From: Thermoanaerobaculia bacterium
GTDB lineage: Bacteria > Acidobacteriota > Thermoanaerobaculia > UBA5066
Length of the DNA stretch: 64,000 bases
Direction of reading: 5' to 3'
NCBI GenBank assembly: GCA_963719225.1
Contig: CAVRAY010000002.1
Location: forward strand, 448,001-512,000
The notes beneath the pieces are model-generated. The model searched no databases. It was not told where the DNA came from and saw only the letters and a program-made list of their open reading frames with translations. The first letter of the stretch is position 1. Each line of letters opens with the position of its first letter. The translations under genes were made by a program, and so were the position numbers. Positions 58,646 to 64,000 of the stretch are shown here, one piece after another.

Positions 58646-58794
58646 CGCCGCGTATTCATCAAGGCGGGTGCCGGAGAGCCTCGGGCCTGCGGCCGCGCGG
58701 CGACGTGTCCCGCCTGCTTCCTTCCGCGGTATGCATCTCCATTCCGGAGATGAAAGGGCGCCGATTAGACTCCCCGCTCCGAACGGAGGTGTCC

Positions 58795-61711
58795 GTGAAC
58801 CGGTCTCGACGCCGTGCCCTCTCGCCCCTTCCTCTCGCCGCGCTTCTCGCTCTCGCCGGCGCCGCCGCCGCGCAGCCGTTTTCCGAGACTCTGTTCTCGG
58901 AGATGCGCTGGCGGATGATCGGCCCGTTTCGCGCAGGGCGCACAGTCGCCGCGAGCGGCATCCCCGGCAACACGAACGTCTTCTACGCCGCCGCGAACAA
59001 CGGCGGGGTCTGGAAGACGACGGACGCCGGACGCGTCTGGACTCCGATCTTCGACGACCAGCCCACGGGCTCGATCGGCGCCCTCGCCGTCGCGCCGTCG
59101 CGCCCCGACACGCTCTACGTCGGGAGCGGGGAAGGCCTGCAGCGCCCCGACCTCTCCGTCGGCGACGGCATCTACAAGTCGACGGACGCGGGGAAGACCT
59201 GGGTCGCACCTCGGCCTGCGCGACGCCCAGCAGATCGCGGGCCTCGCCGTCCACCCGCGCGACCCGGACCGCGTTTACGCGGCGGTCCTCGGCCACCCGT
59301 ACGGCGCGAACGCCGAGCGCGGCGTCTTCCGGTCGACCGACGGCGGAAAGACGTGGACGAAGGTCCTCTACAAGGACGAGAACACGGGCGCCTCGGCCGT
59401 GACGCTCGACCCGTCGAATCCCGACGTCGTCTATGCCGTGCTCTGGGCCGCGCGGCTCGGCCCGTGGGAGAACGGCGAGTGGCAGGGGCCCGAAAGCGGC
59501 CTCTTCAAGAGCACGGACGGCGGGACCACGTGGAAGAAGCTCGTGAACGGTTTGCCCACGTTCGCCGACGGCCTCGGGCGCATCGGCGTTTGCGTCTCCC
59601 CCGTGGATCCGAAACGCCTCTACGCCACTGTCGACGCGACGCCCGAGAAGGCGGGCATCTACGTGTCCGACGATGCCGGGGAGAGCTTCACGCGCACGAA
59701 CGGCGAGTCGCGCGTCTGGGGCCGCGGCAGCGACTTCGCCGAGCTGCGCGCGCACCCGAAGAACCGCGACGAAGTCTGGGCCGCGAACATCGCGACGTAC
59801 CGGTCGACCGACGGCGGAAAGACGTTCGCCCCCGTGAAGGGCGCGCCGGGCGGAGACGACTACCACACGATCTTCATCCACCCCGAGAATCCCGACGTCA
59901 TCCTCCTCGCGGCCGATCAGGGCGCGACGATCTCCGTGAACGCGGGCGCGACGTGGAGCAGCTGGTACAACCAGCCGACGGCGCAGCTCTACCACGTCTC
60001 CACGGACGACCGCTTTCCGTACTGGGTGTACGGAGGGCAGCAGGAAAGCGGCTCCGTCGCGATCGCGAGCCGGGGCGACGACGGGGCGATCACCCATCGC
60101 GACTGGCACCCCGTCGGCGCGGAGGAGTACGGCTACGTCGCGCCGGATCCGCTCGACCCCGACGTCGTCTACGGCGGAAAGCTCACGCGCTTCCGCCATT
60201 CCACGGGCCAGGTGCAGGACGTCTCGCCCGCGCCGCTCCGCGGCACGTACCGCTTCCTGCGCACGGCGCCCGTCCTGTTCTCGCCGGCGGACCCGCACAT
60301 CCTCTTCTATGCGGGCAACGTCCTCTTCAGGACCAGGAACGGCGGGAAGACCTGGGACGTCGTCAGCCCCGACCTCTCCCGCGAGGCGCCGGACGTGCCC
60401 GAGTCGATCGGCGTCTACCGCAAGCCCGAGATGGCGACGCAGAAGCGCCGCGGCGTCATCTACACCGTCGCGCCCGCGAAGAAAGACGTGAACGTGATCT
60501 GGGCGGGCACGGACGACGGCCTCATCCACCGCACCGCGGACGGGGGAAAGACGTGGGTCAACGTCACGCCGCCCGGCCTCACGGCCTGGAGCAAGGTGTC
60601 GCTGATCGACGCCTCGCCGTTCGACGACCTCACGGCCTACGCCGCCATCAACCGCATCCGCCTCGACGACCAGCAGCCCCACGTCCTGCGCACGCACGAC
60701 GGCGGAAAGACGTGGAAAGAGATCGTGAAGGGCCTTCCCGACGATCCCGTCAACGCCGTGCGCGAGGATCCGGTCCGGAAAGGGCTCCTCTACGCGGGCA
60801 CGGAGCGCATGGTCCACGTCTCCTTCGACGACGGCGAGAGCTGGCAGCCGCTGCGCCTCAACATGCCGGCCACGTCCATCCGCGACCTCGTCGTCCACGG
60901 CGACGACCTCGTCGTCGGCACGCACGGGCGGAGCTTCTGGATCCTCGACGACGTCACGCCGCTCCGCCAGCTCGACGCGAAAACGGCCTCGAGCGCGCCG
61001 TTTCTCTACGCGCCCCAGACCGCGATCCGCGTGCGCCGGAGCCGCTGGACCGACACGCCGCTTCCGCCGGAAGAGCCCGCGGGCCGGAACCCGCCGGACG
61101 GCGCGATCCTCGACTACGTCCTCGCCGTGAAGCCGGCGGCGCCCGTGACTCTCGAGATCCTGGACGACAAGGGCGCTCTCGTCCGGCGCTTTTCGAGCGA
61201 CGATGCGCCCGAGCCGCTCGTCGACCCTCTCGTCGTCGCGCCGTACTGGGTGCGGCCGCCGCGCATCCTGCCGGCGGCGCCCGGCATGCACCGCTTCGTC
61301 TGGGACCTGCGCTTTCCGCCCCCGCGCACGAACCAGCACGAGTACCCGATCTCCGCGATCCCGGGCGACACGCCGAAGGAGCCGCTCGGGCCGTTCGTTC
61401 TGCCCGGGGCGTATACCGTGAAGCTGACCGTGGACGGGACGTCCTTCACGCGAAGCCTGACCGTGAAGCTGGATCCGCGGGTCCGGATGTCGCCGGCCGA
61501 CCTCGCCGCTCAGCTCGCCCTCCTCAACCGGTTGAGCGCGGCGCTCGAGCGCGTCGCGTCGGAGCCCGCCCCTCGGGAAGCGGAGGCGAAGAAGAAGCGC
61601 GGCTCGCTGGAAGACAAGCTCGTGCGTCTCTGGGGAATCATCGAGGGTGCGGACGAGGCGCCGACGGCGCAGGCCGCGGCCGCGGTCGACGAGCTGGCCG
61701 CCGTTCCATGA
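58795..61711 (+). pseudogene. BNR/Asp-box (VPS10/GH74-like) beta-propeller protein with a +1 frameshift at 59201-59203
   Basis: Repeated S/T-x-D-x-G-x-T-W boxes on both sides; removing one G from TGGGTCG restores GKTWSHLGLRDAQQI and joins the two frames. Confidence 0.85.
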
Positions 61712-63135
61712 GCGGCACCTCCACGAACGCGCCGCCGGGGGCGGCGCCCGGCGCGCCCGTCCTCGTCTGCGGCCTCGGGCACGTCGGCATTCGGGTCGTC
61801 GAGCTCCTCGCCCGCCTCGGCGAGCGCGCCGTCGTCATCACGCGGGAGACACGGCCCGAGTGGCGCCGCATCGCCGAGGCCGCGGGGGCGACGGTCGTCA
61901 CGGGCGACGCGCGCGACCCGGACCTGCTGCGCGCGTCGGGTCTCATGCAGGCGCGCGCCCTCCTCGCCGTGACCGACCACGACCCGGTCAACCTCGAGAT
62001 CGCGCTCGACGCGTCGCGCGTGCGCCCGGACCTCCCCGTCGTCGCGCGCCTCTTCGACCAGAATCTCGCGCAGCAGCTCGAGGCGAGCGGCGCCGTCCGG
62101 CGCGCGCTCTCGGTCTCGGCCCTCGCGGCGCCGGCGTTCGCGGGTGCGGCGCTCGGGGAGTCGGTCCTCGCGTCCTTCACGATCGACGGCAAGCTCGACG
62201 TCGTCGTGCGGGAAGGCGAGGACCTCCTCGTCTTCGAGGAGCTCGAGGCGAAGAAGCGTTTCGAGCTGCACGTCGAGGCCTCCCAGGTCGCGGCCCGCCG
62301 CGGGCCCGCCTCAGGCCTTCTCCGCGTCTGGAAGAGCGCACCGCTCGGGCTGCGGTACGTCTTCGCCGCGCTCGTCGCGCTCACGGCGCTCTCCGTCTTC
62401 GTCTTCTCGTGGGCGATGGACCTCGGCCTCGTGGACGCGTTCTACTTCGTCGTCACGACGGTCACGACCGTGGGCTACGGCGACATCACGCCGCTCAAGG
62501 CCGCGCCGGCGCTGAAGCTCTACACCTCTTTCCTCATGGTCCTCGGCTCTGCGACGCTCGCGACGCTCACGTCCATCCTCACGGCCTTCGTCGTGACCGA
62601 GCGCTTCGAGCGCCTCCTCGGCCGGGGCCGCATCCCGGCCGGAGGCCACGTCGTCGTGATCGGCCTCGGCAACGTCGGGTCGCGCACGCTCGCGGCGCTC
62701 CAGCGAGCGGACGTCCCCGCCGCCGGCGTCGAGCTCGACCCCGCAGCGGCCCGCGGCGTCGCGCCGGGGACCGCCGTCGTGACGGGAGACGCCCGCCAGG
62801 CCGGCATTCTCGAGCAGGCCCATGTGGCCACGGCGCGCGCCGTCGTCGCCGTCACCGGTGACGACGCCGTCAATCTCGGCGTCGCGCTCCTCGCCGAGAA
62901 GCTCAACCCGAAGATCCGCACCGTCGTGCGGCTCTTCGACGCGGGCCTCGCCGAGAAGGTGCAGGCCGCTCTCGACGTGGACGTCGCGATGGGCGCCGCG
63001 CGCGTCGCCGCGCCGATGTTCGTGGCGGCGGCGCTGGAGGACGGCGTCGCCGCAGCCGTCGTCTCCGGCGGCGCGCTCCACGTCCTGAAGAGGAGCGCGT
63101 CCGGCCTCGCCTGGACGAAGCGAGCGCTGAACTGA
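61708..63135 (+). CDS. Potassium channel with N- and C-terminal RCK/TrkA-N domains
   Basis: VCGLGHVG, TTVTTVGYGD selectivity filter and VIGLGNVG; ATG overlaps the upstream TGA. Confidence 0.9.
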   Translation: MSGTSTNAPPGAAPGAPVLVCGLGHVGIRVVELLARLGERAVVITRETRPEWRRIAEAAGATVVTGDARDPDLLRASGLMQARALLAVTDHDPVNLEIALDASRVRPDLPVVARLFDQNLAQQLEASGAVRRALSVSALAAPAFAGAALGESVLASFTIDGKLDVVVREGEDLLVFEELEAKKRFELHVEASQVAARRGPASGLLRVWKSAPLGLRYVFAALVALTALSVFVFSWAMDLGLVDAFYFVVTTVTTVGYGDITPLKAAPALKLYTSFLMVLGSATLATLTSILTAFVVTERFERLLGRGRIPAGGHVVVIGLGNVGSRTLAALQRADVPAAGVELDPAAARGVAPGTAVVTGDARQAGILEQAHVATARAVVAVTGDDAVNLGVALLAEKLNPKIRTVVRLFDAGLAEKVQAALDVDVAMGAARVAAPMFVAAALEDGVAAAVVSGGALHVLKRSASGLAWTKRALN

Positions 63136-63142
63136 AGACCTT

Positions 63143-64000
63143 TCAGCCTGCGATGGACGCCCGGCTCAGTTTTCGCCCGAGGACGAACAGCGGCCACCCC
63201 GTCACGAGGATCGCCGTTCCAGCGAGCGCGAGGCGCGGCTCGGTGATCGCCACGTGCGCCGCGACGGCGGCGAGCGCGAGGACGTAGAGCGCGGGGAGGA
63301 CGGGGAACCCCGGGATCCGGAACGTGCCGGTGCCGCCCTCGCCGCGTTTCCTCAGGACGAACAGAGTCGAGGAGACGACGACGAGCGTCAGCATGTCCGT
63401 GAAGATCACGTAGTTGAGGAGCTTCTCGAAAGAGCCGAGGAGGAACGCAGGCACGAGCATCGTCGCGCCGAAGAGGAGGAGCCCGGCCATCGACACCTGC
63501 GTCCGTGGCGCGACGCGCAGGAAGACGCGCGGCAGAACGCCGTCCTCGGCCATCGCGTAATAGCTCCGCGGCATCTGGAGGACAGTCGCGTTCACGAAGC
63601 CGGCCGCCGAGAGGAAGATCAGCGCCGACACCACGGCTTCCCCGACTCCCCCGAGGCTCACCCGCGCGAGGGCGGCCGCGACGAGCTTCGACTCCGCGAC
63701 GCCGCCCGCCCCGAGAGACCTGACGTACGCGAAGTTCAGGACGAGGTAGAGCCCGACGACGGTGAGCATTCCCGCCGTCACGGCGATCGGAAAGCGCCGC
63801 CTCGCGTCCTTCACGTCCGCGCCGAGGTTCATCGTCATGTGGTACCCGCCGTACGCGTAGAAGACGGGGATCAGCGCGGCGGCGAGGCCGGCCGGAACGG
63901 CGGACGGAGCGACTGCCTGTCCGGCCGCCTTCGGAGCGAGGGCGAGAGCGACGGCCGCCAGTCCCACGATCATCACGATCTTCAGCATCGAGAGAACGTT
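63143..64000 (-). CDS. APC-family amino acid permease (5' end outside window)
   Basis: FYAYGGY, PRSYYAMAEDGVLP, FRIPGFPVLP and many TM helices. Confidence 0.9.
   Translation of the reverse strand, partial: NVLSMLKIVMIVGLAAVALALAPKAAGQAVAPSAVPAGLAAALIPVFYAYGGYHMTMNLGADVKDARRRFPIAVTAGMLTVVGLYLVLNFAYVRSLGAGGVAESKLVAAALARVSLGGVGEAVVSALIFLSAAGFVNATVLQMPRSYYAMAEDGVLPRVFLRVAPRTQVSMAGLLLFGATMLVPAFLLGSFEKLLNYVIFTDMLTLVVVSSTLFVLRKRGEGGTGTFRIPGFPVLPALYVLALAAVAAHVAITEPRLALAGTAILVTGWPLFVLGRKLSRASIAG

Noticed and set aside
59000-60900. Recurring nucleotide motif GACGGCGGAAAGACGTGG
   Set aside because: Simply encodes the Asp-box (DGGKTW) protein repeats of the beta-propeller.
47766-61339. ORF-track lengths of 2492 aa and 2624 aa suggesting giant overlapping genes
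   Set aside because: The N-terminal extensions are low-complexity read-through; real starts are at 53468 and about 58645, judged by signal peptides and stop/start coupling.
58597-63135. Apparent 1512-aa fusion of a beta-propeller N-terminus to a K+ channel
   Set aside because: Artefact of the +1 frameshift at ~59202; the middle ~830 aa are off-frame nonsense.

Overview
High-GC (roughly 70%) bacterial chromosomal window. The gene content suggests a diderm, possibly Acidobacteriota (Thermoanaerobaculia-like); this is an inference, not a demonstrated assignment. From left to right it contains: (1) a glycosyltransferase operon (minus strand); (2) serS, a convergent MenA/MenT-like antitoxin/nucleotidyltransferase pair and two divergent tRNA-Ser genes; (3) a MacA/MacB-type exporter without an ATPase gene; (4) several small hydrolases and an SDR; (5) a LacI-controlled carbohydrate locus, probably for beta-1,2-glucan (MalK-type ATPase, LacI with a perfect palindromic operator, TonB-dependent receptor, GH144-like enzyme, ABC transporter, an uncharacterised CBM/discoidin-(alpha/alpha)6 protein, GH94, and GH1 further on); (6) an ECF sigma cassette and an S41 peptidase; (7) tRNA-Arg(TCT) followed by a small accessory islet with repeated tRNA 3'-end scars, an orphan Tae4-like amidase, an orphan hcp and a deletion-riddled HDAC-family remnant; (8) metabolic and signalling genes (enoyl-CoA hydratase, FAD oxidoreductase, two c-type cytochromes, GGDEF-EAL protein, tnaA); (9) a 13-kb operon of a giant unknown secreted multi-domain protein, a thioester-bearing alpha-2-macroglobulin and PbpC; (10) a frameshifted BNR/VPS10 beta-propeller gene, a K+ channel and a partial APC permease. 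Many genes look leaderless. The best candidates for undescribed biology are the giant protein/A2M/PbpC operon, the MenAT-like pair embedded in the Ser-tRNA locus, and the Hcp/Tae4 islet at tRNA-Arg. All family assignments come from motif recognition by eye; no searches were run.
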